Below, one piece after another: positions 24,680-37,600 of a DNA stretch of 64,000 nt (position 1 is its first letter; each line of letters starts with the position of its first letter). The DNA is from Anolis carolinensis. Taxonomy: Eukaryota. The stretch spans positions 328,609,402 through 328,673,401 of the forward strand of contig NC_085841.1 of the NCBI RefSeq assembly GCF_035594765.1, written 5' to 3'. Both the position numbers and the translations under genes were made by a program. Below the pieces are notes generated by a model, which worked only from the letters and a program-made list of their open reading frames with translations, was not told where the DNA came from and did not search any database.

Positions 24680-27600
24680 ATGTTATCAGATGAGTTAGAG
24701 TCCAAACCAGAGGTCAGTAACTAGTCTCTGCATTGTGTATTTTCTGGAAATCATAATAGTGGCAAATGATGGCTTTCCCAACAATTTACATACCTCACAT
24801 AAATTTTATCGCTTACAGCTATAGGGTTTGTTTTTACATTAAAGACTAAAACTTCTGAATTTATTTTATATTTATAGAGTAAGTATTATTTGAAAGCTCA
24901 TCACTTCTAGATGATACTTAGAATGTGTCTTTAGAAATATCGAGTTGAATGAGACCACCAGGCCCATCCAAACCAACCCACTGCCATGCAATCAAAACAT
25001 TCCTGACAGATGACCATCCAGACGCTGTTTAAAAATTTCCAAAGAAGGAGACTATTCTATTTGAGGCAGCATATTCCATTGCCAAACTGCTCTTGGCAGT
25101 TCTTCCTAATGTTTAGGTAGAATCTCTTTTCCTGTAGTTTGAATCCATTGTTCCATGTCTGTGAGTGTTTTACCTTGTACTAGTAAGATAATTTGACACT
25201 ACTTTAACTCCCATGACTCAATACTATGGAGTCCTTAGAAATGTACAAGTTCTTTAATCTTTTCTCTCAAAGAGTGCTGGGGCCTCACCAAACTACAAAT
25301 CCAAGGATTCCATAGCATTGATCCATAGTGGTTAAAGTGGCATTAAACTGCATTACTTCTACATTGTAGATGCATCCTTAGTCTCTGAAGCACAGAAAAT
25401 GCTTGCTCCCTGCTTAAGATGGCATCATTTCAAGTACCTAAATGTGGTTATCATGTCCCCTCTCCAACCTGCTGCTTTCCAGTTAAACATTCCCAGCTCC
25501 CTAAGCCATTTCCCATAGAACTTGGCTTCCAAAGCTTTGACCATTTGTTGCCTTTCTCTGGTCACATTCCAACTTGAGTGAGAAGGAAGCGCCATGATCT
25601 CAGTGGAGGTTTCTTCTGAGTAAATCTGAATAGGATTCCACTACACTTCAGGATCCATATGCAAAGATGTTTTCAATGGCCATCAGTGAAACATCTGGTG
25701 ATTTCAGTAGCAACTCAAGCTTCTGCCTTGGTTGAGAGAAGATTTGTTTTTCTATATATTGCTAATAAGCCAAGTCTCTGTTTTGCCATTTTTTTGTAGG
25801 AGGAAGAGACATCTAATGATTGTCTTTTACCTGAATATCTTTGCTTTCCTCCTCTCTAGCTGCTGGTTCAGTTCGTTCAAAACACAGCTATTCCACTAGG
25901 AGAGGAACTTGCGGAATCAGGACCTAAAGATCTCACCTGTCTGTCTCTCCTTCCCGTTGCTGAATCCCCAGAATGCAACAGGTTGATATTGCCAGGTAAA
26001 ATCTGAAATCTGATTATTCTAAATATTTGTTTAAGATACTGTAACAGGAAAAGAAAAGAGGAATCTTTAGCTATAGCTGTCTGTTCATAAGTAAGTCCCA
26101 CTGAGTTCAATGAGACATACTCCCAAGTATTGAATGCAACTCATGAAGCTTTGAGTTGAAGGGAGCTTTCTCTTTGTACTATACACCTTTGTGCTCAGAT
26201 CTGGAGTACTCCTATGATAGAAATACAAATATAATAAAAAGGGAGAATTCTGGTTATCAGCAGCCCTTGATTGTTTTATTATTAGTTTCTATATCTTTGA
26301 TACTATATCTTGGAAACATGTGACTTCATTAGGTTGGCTACTGAGACAACAGAATTCTAGACTAGATAAGTCTGTAGTCTGATCAAGCATGGGTTAATTT
26401 TTTATACATGTCAGATTCTTTGCTCTTGATTCATAAATGTTTTTTTTTTCCTGCATTCTCTTCATTAGATGACTCCCCAAGTCACACTAGCACTTCAAAG
26501 GATGTGTCCTCTGCTGCTCTTTTACGCAACCTCCAGGTGACTGTTGGCCCTGATGGTGAAGAGACAAGGGCACAGACGGCACAGAAGCCTCCTGAGCTTC
26601 TCCCAAGTCCTGATACGTCCAGTTTACTGCAAGATCTTCAGCCCAACGACAGCACTTCCTTTATCCTGCTCAATTTAACACGGACAGGTAACAGCCATAT
26701 CAGCATTTAGTTAAAGCGGAAGGGAGGCTTATGTATCACAAATTATTCTGAAAAGCATACTACAGTTTAAAATGCTCCTGAATTTGTAAGAATCAGCAGC
26801 AGGTCTAATAAAGTTACTGTGAAAGTTTCTTGAAATACATATATCCTCCTGTAAACATTGACTTCATGCATGGGTACTGGGCATGTTTTGGTGCCAAGAT
26901 CATGGATTTTGATATGACCCATGGATAAGTTGAGGCAGTTTCTGTGTAGAGGAGAGGGGAAGGTATTAACACAGCCCCAGGGAGCCAGCCATCTCTAGTC
27001 ACCACTGCCACCATTTTCCTACTCTGTTATTATAAAAAGCCAGAGGTGGGATTGATACGTGGGATTGATGCTTCTTTTAAGTTCTTCTGGGACAAAATAA
27101 GCTGTTGTCTTTCACCACTTTGCTTAGAGAAGGAGTTTTTTAAAAAAATAAGAGTTAAGGTACAGTACTTATGTAGACCCATGGGTTAGTTGACCCAGGT
27201 TTTTGCATTGATTTTTTGACTCAGATTTCTTGACGTACACAAAAGGGAGCTCAGTATTGTGGGTCACAGCTGAATTTGATTATCTTAGTGTCTGATGAAA
27301 CTGCTTCCTTCATAGGTCTTGGCTCTCTCTCAGAGCACCTGGTGTTTGTCCAGGATGAAGCAGAAGATTCTGGGAATGACTTGTTCTCTAATAATAGCAC
27401 TGACAGCAGCACTCCATGGTTTTTACGAGTGCAGGAACTCGCCCATGACAGCTTGATTGCTGCCACTCGAGCACAGCTTGCCAAGAATGCCAAAGCAAGC
27501 AATAATGGTAAGATATTAATTTCTGTAATTTAACAAGTTAAATCATATACTCTTTTAGTTAATTATTGGTATTTGTTGAATTACCCAATTTAAAATAAAG

Positions 27601-30600
27601 TTTTAAATTACTTAAGTATGTCTCATTAAATAAATTACTCTAGTATGGCTCATATTAATTAAATTACTAGTTACATCACTATTTAATTAGTATCAGTTAA
27701 ATTGCTTCAGTAGATCTCAAGTCTCATATGTGTTTACAAAACTGTTGTTCTCGAAGATATCATTCTAAGTATGGAGAAAAGGTCAGTTTTATAGAGATGA
27801 CTAACCACAATACTGATTGTGCATCTACATTGTAGAATCAGTGCAGTTTAACTGTTATGGCTCAGTGCTATGGAATCCTGGATTTGTAGTTTGTAGTTGT
27901 GGCAGAGAAGACTAAAACCTTGTAAAACTTCAATCTTCAAGATTCCGTAGCATTGGACCCTGGTAGTTAAAGTGGTGTCAAATTTCATTAATTCTATAGT
28001 GTGGCTGCACCCTAAGAAATATATCAAGTTTATGGGTTTGTTTTATATTAAATGTTTTATATTGTAGCCTCATGTTGCTTTTTTCCAACTCTTTCCAGGT
28101 GAAAATGTTCATGTTTGCTCAGGAGACTCACAGCCGAAAGAGCCCAGTCCCATTCCTCACTTGCCCCGGGTGGAGAAAAAGTTGGCATGCACTGTAGAAG
28201 GCTGTGATAGGACCTTTGTATGGCCAGCCCATTTCAGATATCACTTAAAAACACATAGGTGTGTAGATTTGTTGTGGCTGTGACTTCGCCTGCACTGTGC
28301 ACATTGGATAGATATTTATGTAGTATCTGACTGTGGAATAATCCATTATTTTGGCTGAGCAAACGTTCACTAAAATAAAGGAAATTTAGGTAAACAGCAC
28401 ATTCAAGGCAGCTTTTAATCGTGTTCATAAATACATTCTTTTAGAAGTATGGGAGCTATTTGTGCTTTGTTAACAATATGTTGGAATAAGAATCCTAGTA
28501 TTTTGTTTCGTGTATGCCTAACTCTTTTAAAAAGATGATTAAAATATGAAACAAAAATAGTCTCATAAATAATTTCTTTTTAAGATGCATCCTCTTGGAT
28601 GTTAAAATACTGCTAATTCAGAGATGGGCAACTGTCAGAGGTTGACAGGCTGCACTGAGCCCCTCCATGGGATTTTGGAGGGCAACATCCCCTCCTCACA
28701 ACAGTTTGTATTTTTAAAAAAACACAATAAAACACTTATTTTCTAAATGGCCAAAATGAAGAGACAGTTTTGGAACTGTCTAGGCCATTTTAGACTCAGG
28801 AGACATTCTTTAAAAAATAGGAAATTAACTTGCCAGTTGACTTCCTGTCCTAAAAATAAGCTCTCCTGAACCTAAAATATGGTGATACAACCTAACACTA
28901 TAAGGGACATGGAGACATTTGGACCAAATCTTTCTTAAAAAGCACTTTTGCACTGCCAGTTATACCTTTTCCTGCAGAGCACACTTTCTCCATCTCAACT
29001 TAATGCCAACCATTTCACTTTTCAGTCCATGCCCTTAGTTCTGAAGTAAAAAAAAAAAACCATCACACACGGCTTTGCATTATAGATCTTAGCACAGATT
29101 GCCTATGTCAGATTGTGGATTACTAAATTTGATCCTTGTCTATTAGGAATGATCGTTCATTCACTTGTCCAGCAAAAGGTTGTGGGAAAAGCTTCTATGT
29201 CCTGCAGCGCCTGAAAGTCCACATGAGGACACACAATGGAGAGAAACCATTCATTTGCACTGAACTAGGCTGCGGGAAGCAATTCACAACAGCTGGCAAT
29301 CTGAAGAATCACCTTCGAATTCACACTGGTATGTTGCCCTTTTTTCAGAACTTTGAATTACTACAATATTTAATAATTACTGTATTTTGGGTAGTCAGAT
29401 TGAGAACAGAGCTCTAACTGGATATCCTGCCTCTTCTCTGCCTGTTGTGAAATACTTAATTTTGGGTTAGATAGAATTTGTTCTCCATAACAGTTGAAAC
29501 CAATAGGTCTGCATTTTCTGTTCTCAATCTTATTACTTATCATTCTTATTAACTACAACTTAGCTATACAATACAATGATCAGCATTACCAAAGTGTACA
29601 GCCAAAGGGGTCTGTTAAAGATATGTAGCAATAGCAGTGCATAACTCTGTGCTACAGTGGGTATTTCCATTAAGATCCTTGAAACAAAGACTTTTCTTTT
29701 GGAGGGGAGTGTTTATGCTATTTTAGCTGAACTGTCTACCTAAACATACCAACCCAAAAGGAATTTCAAGGTATTTGCAAAATAAGACAAATACTGGAAA
29801 TAAAATACTGTATTGATTTCAGTGATGACTTGCTATGGTTTAAGACTTCATGTTTCTAAATAGTGTTGCTGTATAAACGATCTATAATTGCAAAATCGTT
29901 TCATTCTTTATAGCCATTCACTATTCCTTGACCTTGGTGTTTCCTGTATGATTTCTCGTTTTCATCCTATGCCAGCTTTCAGCAGCCTTCTGATGTAATT
30001 CTTCCTGCTGTGCTTGTTCTACTGAGCCAATGCCATATGGAGTGTTTATTTCTAACTTTAACAGATTTCAACCAGGTTTTCCTTTGTATCAGCCACTAAA
30101 ATTTTGTCTTTAGTCCAGTTATTTTAAAGAAGTCTCGATTTGAATGAAGATCCAGCTTTCCATGGTGCACTTGTTAAAAGCTTCCAATCTTTTTTCATTA
30201 CTATACAACCTGTCATGAACTGAAAAAGGGAATATTTAAAGTAATAAATTAATAAGTATAAATAAATTTTAAAATAACAAATCTTGGTAACACCTAATTC
30301 CAAAGAAACTGATTCCTGGTTTGGATTCTGTAGTTAACGAACCATAGACTGGCAGTGTTGAGGAGGTTGTATATTGTTTATCAGTGTTGAAGCAAACCGT
30401 AAGAGCACTTATTTTTGATATCAAACAAGCTTGTAGGAGTAGAACTGCATTTGGGAAACTGAAAGGTAAGGTGGAGAGTGAGTCCTCTGTAGCCAAAAGG
30501 GAGGGCTTATTAAACATTTTCACTCGTGACCCCGGGTATACAGTATAGATATCTAAAATAGGTGTAAAAAGACAACATTTATTGATACTGAATCATCAGC

Positions 30601-33600
30601 ACTTGCAAGGCTCCCTAAACAGACAGTTTTTTCTTTTTATGAAGTACAGCTGAAGAACCTTATGCAGAGTCAACTGTAAACATTGCACAGCAGATTCATG
30701 TAAATATCTAAAACAGACACTAGGTTACATTCAGAAAAGTCTTACTCTTGCCAAATTTTTGGGACCCCAACATTGAGCTAAGGGGAACCTGTTTTGGGTT
30801 GAGACCCACAGTTTAAGAAGCAGTGGTCTATGGCATATTCTACTTAAGTGCACTTTTCATTTAAGTTAAGCAGATATCTAATTACAATGTTTTACAATGC
30901 AGGGGAAAAACCTTTCTTATGTGAGGCGCAAGGCTGTGGTCGTTCCTTTGCTGAATACTCCAGCCTTCGGAAACACCTGGTTGTCCATTCAGGTAAGGGA
31001 ACGTCATCCTCTTAACTGAGACCCACATCACACAGAGTGTCTTTCTTGAAGTCAGCATACAAAAGGGTCTTCCAGCACCTTTGAGACTATCTGAAAGAAG
31101 TTGGTAGCATCAGCTTTTATAGACTAAGTCTACTCCATCAGATGCAGGTAATGAAGTGTCTAGAACTGGAGCTTGTGCATACATTCTGATTCTGCTGTTT
31201 CTTTTTCTAATTTTCCTTTGTAGATTTTGTTCAAGGACTTCTGTTTTGAGGTCTGAGATGGAATGCCCAGGAAGATTTAAGTGGTGAAGCGGTCTGCAAC
31301 TATTTTTGTGTATCCCCATTCCTAATATTTCAGAAATAGTAGAATTGGAATACATCTAGAAGTCCCAGTACATTAGCAGTGGGTTGACCAGAGACAGTGG
31401 TTTCCTGGCACACTGTGCGTCTTATAACACTATATAATAACCCTCCTCCTCCTCCTCCTCCTCCTCCTCCCCCTCCTTCTCTTTATTTATACTCTGCCTT
31501 TCTCCCCGTGGGGACTCAAGGCGACTAACAATCCACACTAGACAAGTTTAAAAAGTGCCATACAAAAGTTAAAAACAAATAGTAACAGTGTGGTAAAAAC
31601 AGAATTAAAATAGAGTAAATACACTAAAATGGCCTTTAAAACTCATATCCATATCCTGCTCCTTCCCCAAACCTGCCCCTTACCTTTCCGCAAATTTCTG
31701 CTGGCAGAAGATCTTGACCTGTTAACCCCACAGCCTCATGAGGGCTCTCTTACCATTTTACCATGTCTCCTTTCAGGTTGTCCATCATCTATATGGTCAA
31801 TTCAGCCTGGTAATAGGTAATATATTTTCCCCATCTTTGTCCCACTGTTCTTCATCTCATTCCCATAGGTTTTGGATTTCGATTGCTATTTGTGCACAAC
31901 TTGCTCATTCACAGCTATAAATGTTTGTCCCTATGTATTTCATACATCTGATGAGAAGTAGTCTTAAGCCTACAGAAGCTTATGTAAACAACTTCTTTCT
32001 TTCAGTCTCAAAGGTAATACAAGATCCCTTTCCAAACTGAGACAAATTAACACAGCTTTGACTTTGCAGTCAGTAATATATTCCCTTGATCCTGTGGAAC
32101 AATTACTGCTACTACTTTTTAAAAACGGATTTTTCAAAAAACATCTTGACCTGTCTCCTTTTTTCTTTTTCTAACCTACATCTCAGTCATATCAGAAGAT
32201 GGTGAGATTTCATCTTGCCTGTCCTATACTCTGTAAAACAAAGGCTTCAAATGTATTGGGAGTCCCTTTGGGGAGATAGGACGGGTTATAAATGAAGTAT
32301 TGTTATTAATGGAGGTAGAGACCTTTGACTTCAGATTACTTAAACTTCCTGGCAAAATGTAGCTGTGAATTTCATTATCTTTCCTAGAACTAAGCCTTTT
32401 AATAGGCCCGTGAGGTTGAAATATATCAACTATGTAAATACAGAAAATGAATATTTCAGTTCCTTGTTGAATAGATTTTGTGTCTTGTTTCAGGAGTAAA
32501 GCCACACCAGTGTCAAATCTGTGGGAAGACATTTTCTCAAAGTGGTAGCAGAAACGTGCATATGAAGAAGCATCATTCTAGAATTGGAATGACTAGCAAC
32601 AGACAGCATGAGCAAAGAGGTAGGAATTGAATAGTCCCTGGAGGTAGTGGAAAGGATGGGTCAGTTTAGAGCCGGGGTGGGGAAAGTGCAGGCTCCTCCA
32701 TACTCCCTTAATTGCCCTTTTCTGGGCCTCCAAAGGGCGAATGTTTTGTTCTAGAAGCCTCCAAGAGAGGCAGTTCATATCTTGAATGGGTTGTCAGGTC
32801 TCTGGGTACTATTTAAACATAAAATAATACCAATTTAAAAACCACAATAAATTTGGACTTCTGACTACTGAATTTTGGGGAGTCTGGCTAGCTCCTAGAG
32901 CATATGTGACAAAATCAAAGCCATGGCCCAAATCCAGCTTGCCATTACATTTTAGGTGGCCCTACAGATGCTGGACTTAATTCCTGTATTCCTCATCATT
33001 ATCATGACTAGACCCGAAAGAGAATCTTGCTAAGAAGTACAGAATTGAAAGGATTGTAGAGGTCAACAAATAAAAGCTTTTAAAATAGGAACAAGTGTGT
33101 GTTGTCAAAGGCTTTCATGGCTGGGATCACAGGGTTGTTTGTTTTCCGGGCTGTATTGCCATGTCCCAGAAGTATTCTCTCCTGACATTTTGCCCACATC
33201 TATGGTAGGCATCCTCAGAGGTTGTGAGGACCTCACAACCTCTAGGGGTGCCTGCCATAGATGTGGGCCAAATGTCAGGAGAGAATATTTCTGGAACATA
33301 GCCATACAGCCCAGAAAACATACAACAACCCTGGGAACAAGAGTGTTTGATCATGTAACACAGAAGCTTTCTTTGCTTTCAAAAATTGACCTCTTTTTTA
33401 GCTGTAAATATCTTTAATGAAAATAATCCTATTTAGTCAGAGCTCCCTTATAAAATTCCACCTTTTAGAAGTGACCCTCCTTCAGAATCCAATTTCCATG
33501 TCTCAAAGGGATACTTTTAAGTGAGATCTCAATTCTTCACCTTGTTTAGATTTCTGCGATAGGGAAAACTCCTTTGCTGAAGCAGTGGTGCAGACCACAG

Positions 33601-34663
33601 TAACAGTTCAAATGTCAGAATCTTGTTTTTTTTTTTTAAATCAGAATCACTGATGGGCAGTAGTTTGTTGGAAGAGTCTGAAGTGCACAGCAAGAACCTG
33701 GTGTCAATAAGTTCGCCTCCTAGCCTCGGTGTGGAATCCTTGCACCTGCCAGACACAGAATCAATTATTGGTGTAAAGGAGGGTGAGGAAATATTTGTAT
33801 AATATAAAAGTGATCAATATTGTACCTGGGATTGTTTAAAATGTTTTAGAGTTTTTTTTTATTTTTTCCATAACTTGAGGTTTGAATACTGTAAATAGTT
33901 TAATTCTATTTTAATTGTCACTTTTTGTATCCTTTTTATTCTACCCTTTTATATTCTGACCCCTTTTGAATAATAACAACCTGAAACTGAAGATGGGTGT
34001 GATTCTCTTTTTACAAGCCTGAAATAATTGGAATGTAAACAAATTTACTTCAGTGAACATTTGAAATGGGTTGGTGGAAGAGAAAATCAGATAATTTCTT
34101 AAATTTCCTTGAGAGCTGATACCAGTATCCAGATACTTTTTGAAGAGGTGCGATATTAATTGCTATTATCAGTATACATTGTGTCTGACCTGGAGGTGTT
34201 GGGCCTGGGGAAAAGGTATGCGGGTTTGTTTATGTGTTTGTTTTGTCCTTCCAAACCAGATGTCTTTTATCTTCTGTTTAAAAAGTGGTTATTTGTTTTT
34301 GGGGAAGACATTTTCTGTCTTCCCATTGTATCTTATCTTATCATCAGCAGACTTGACATTTGAGATTGCAGTTCCTTCTGTCATCTATTTCCTCTATGGA
34401 TTAGATATATGAGGAAGTTGGATTGCAGACAGTATGTGTTTCAGTTTTTTTCTGAAGATCGAATATCCTTCGAGTTCCTTGTGAAAAATTTTCTGTGTTT
34501 TTAAATAAAGTATAATTTCTTATTTTGTCTAATAGCAGAGGTTCTTGCTGAAGCAACATCAAATTCTCTTCATGCTGCTCCTGATGTGGTTTTGCCATCT
34601 CATCATTTAATGCCCATGTCAGTATCAAGACACACTTATGGGGTCTCATCTTTGCTACAGTAG
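24680..34663 (+). CDS. ZNF410: Zinc finger protein 410 (five C2H2 fingers), 466 aa
   Basis: Coding exons with GT-AG sites and consistent phases: 24680-24712, 25860-25995, 26469-26687, 27316-27507, 28099-28258, 29147-29328, 30903-30992, 32494-32619, 33645-33782, 34539-34663. Peptides include MLSDELESKPELLVQFVQN, PWFLRVQELAHDSLIAATRAQLAKN and CGKSFYVLQRLKVHMRTHNGEKPF. Confidence 0.96.
31055..32060. mobile_element. Older second Penelope family, inverted pair
   Basis: Minus-strand peptide HLNLPGHSISDLKTEVLEQ resembles the PLE GIY-YIG C-terminal region. Inverted ends ctttgagact / agtctcaaag, with degenerate CTGATGA...GAAAgctta hammerhead cores near 31110-31145 and 31945-31984. Confidence 0.65.
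33097..33333. mobile_element. Head-to-head Penelope terminal-repeat pair forming a hairpin (ZNF410 intron)
   Basis: Arms 33129-33229 and 33231-33333 are inverted about a 1-nt centre at 33230. Flanking GGAACAAG repeats at 33088-33095 and 33334-33341. Confidence 0.85.
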
Positions 34664-37600
34664 ATCCACAGGTTGGTCTAGAAAAATTCTATTTTGTTAA
34701 GCATAATTCTAGTTTCAGGAAAGCTTCACTTTTCTCTTGCTGAAGATGAACAGGATAACAACATATACACTAATTCTAAAGAACAAGATAAAATCAGTGA
34801 GAATTTTAGAGTCTACATTTGTGCATAATTTCAACCTAATATTAGTAAGTCTATAATCTAGTTAAACTGCTTTTATAATGTTTTTTTAAATTAAGAGCAA
34901 AAAAATTGATCTGGCATACCTGTTGTACCATATAGATTGGTCTGACTTACAACCGCCTTTACCGTCAATTTCAGACTTCATTTTAAAGCTTGCTTCATCT
35001 TTTGTGTGATTGTTGGGAGTGAATGGTGTCTATTCCCTGCATCTGCTAGCTGAACAGTGATTGAATGCGAGCCTGCATTACCATATGCTGGTGCTGACAG
35101 AGTAGTTTTATCCTCAATTGACATGCTGATTTCAAGAGATAATGCCAATACGTGTGCCGTCTGACAAAGGCAGAGTATCTCGTCCTGTGATGCTTTGCAG
35201 TGCAATATGCAGGCATCAGTATGCCTTCTCCTAGAGCAGGGATGGGAATCATGCAACTCTCCAAATGTTATTAGACTTCAATTCCCAGCAGCCCTAGCCA
35301 GCAGTGAGGAATATGAGGAACTGCAGTTAAACAAAATATTGAGGACATCATGATTCCTTTCCCTGCAGTGGAGTGTTATGTAAGAAAAGTGAAATTTTTG
35401 TCAGTGATTTCTTTAACATAGTCTTTTCTATGAACATGAGATTTGCTCCAAAATGTACTTTCACTCAGTACTTCTTTTACTAGTAACTGTTTCCCCCCTT
35501 TTTCTCATGACTGGATGTAACTGGGTTCCCCTAATTTCCCCTAACCATAATTGTTTAATTGTTTATTTTTTCTACACTGAAGATTATATGTTCAGATTTG
35601 GTTTGCCTTGGTTCATCTTAACTTTGGTTACTATTTGGCATATCTAAAGGGGCCAAAGATGTCCCTTTTCCTCTACATTAGAAGTAAAATCTTACACGCA
35701 ACATTGGTTGGTGGAGCAGCCCCAATCAGTGGACAGTGGAGGAGGTTTGAATTCATTTCTCTTCCCCATAATATCACCAAAATCTTCAGAGGGCTGGAAA
35801 AACCTCTGGAATAAGTTGTTAAATCGGGCTGCAGACTGAAGAGGAAAATAAAATTTTGGCACTGCATTGTTGGATTTAACCCCAGAATTGTATTGCTTTG
35901 AAGGGAGTGCCCGATGCTAGAGAAGCACATACTGTGTTTTATCTCAGTGAGGAAGCAGCTAATGTGTGCTGTTCACAGAGATTGAGAAATATATAGTCCA
36001 TACAGTGAGTCTCAGAAGCCTGGAAGCATTGTATGGATTGAATCCTCTTATTTCTCGTACTTTCAAAACATTTGGTTTATTAAAGCCTTTCATCTAAGAA
36101 GTGTTGGATTTAAACTATTTTGTGTTGTTTTGCACAGAAAGTTACAAAAGGAGGAACAAAGCTATGAAGCACTGAATACAAGAAATGAAGCTGTAGGACA
36201 TATCTATGTGGTGCTCCCAAAAGAACCCATTTGGTACTTCGGTTACCGGGATTTGTGAAATGCCTCTGCGGTACGTCTCCTGCCTTCTCAGACCAGAGGT
36301 CTCTAATATGGTTTCTCTTCAATCAGTGGATACACTGTTTTCTGAAGAATGGATTCAGAAGCTTCTACTAAAGTCTGAACAGTGTGATGCGTTCCTGTTA
36401 AATCTGGTGTACAAAGGTCGGCCAGTTATTGATGCTGTTATAACTAGTCTCAAGCCACTTTGTTTCTCTCCTGAAGCTAAACATAAACTCAGCATTGTAT
36501 TGACTTCTCATCAAGGCGCAGCAGTCCCATCCTTGCTTCTGAATTACTGGGCTGGTTCTGTGGCATTCTTTGAGCTGGAGCTTTCATGTCCCCTTGCTGT
36601 GTGTGGATACATTCAACTAATGCTGCTTTTGCTCCAAAATGAAGACCTGGTGTTATTCAGAGGGCTGTCTCAGACACCTTCAGTTATTGCTGTGATATTT
36701 TAATATCTAATTATTAGGCTTATTAGGGCTTTTAATTTAAAAAACAATCATAGTTAGAAACTACTGTGTCCTTCTGTTGTAAATAAACTATATACTTCAA
36801 TTTCTGATGTGCTTTAACTCAGCATTTATTTCCTTGTTACAGTTCACAACATTTGCTTGTTTAGAGTGTCAGGGTGAGTAATTTCTAAAAAAAACAGCTG
36901 CTTGATCACATCTTTGTGCAATTAATGCATTATAAAATACAACATAATGTTATATTTAAAATGCTTGTTAATTGCTCAGAGAAATTCAAATCAATGTGAA
37001 AAAATGTTACTTTGGGTTATCAAATTATATTCGATTTAGAATGCCTACAAAGCATACTTGGGAAGAAAAAAGCTGAGGAGCAGTCTGGCACTTGCCGTTG
37101 AGCGAAGCTTGAGTGGCAATATTAAATTGGATTCTTTGGATTGGTCTAAGAACACAGCAAAACACTTACATTTCAGTATAAAATACAGTACAATAATTAA
37201 TCATATCAAGAAATACCTGCTGTAACAAAAGTACGGTTTAAAATTTCTCTTTTACCATGAGTTTATTGAGTCAACATGAGTACACTTAAAGGTTTATGTG
37301 GGTACAAATCCTAAAAAATAAGGATGCACGCTACACATTTTTTGAAACTTAAACTTGTACCCAAATATAGAATGTAACAAAGATAGAATATTATTTGGCA
37401 TAAGGCAAATGTGTCTTTTGCTGTTTGTTGCTATGTGTCTTCAAGACCTTTCTGACTTACATTGATCCTAAAGTTAATCTATTATGGAATTTTCTTGGCA
37501 AAATTTGTTCAGAGGGGTTTTCTGCTACCTTTCTTCAAGGCTGAGAGAGTGTGACTTGCCCAAGGTCATCCAATGGGCTTCCATGGCCAACTGGGATTTT

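Noticed and set aside
36206-36703. 165-aa ORF downstream of ZNF410
   Set aside because: No recognisable domain or splice context; lies in the probable ZNF410 3' UTR before AATAAA near 36782.
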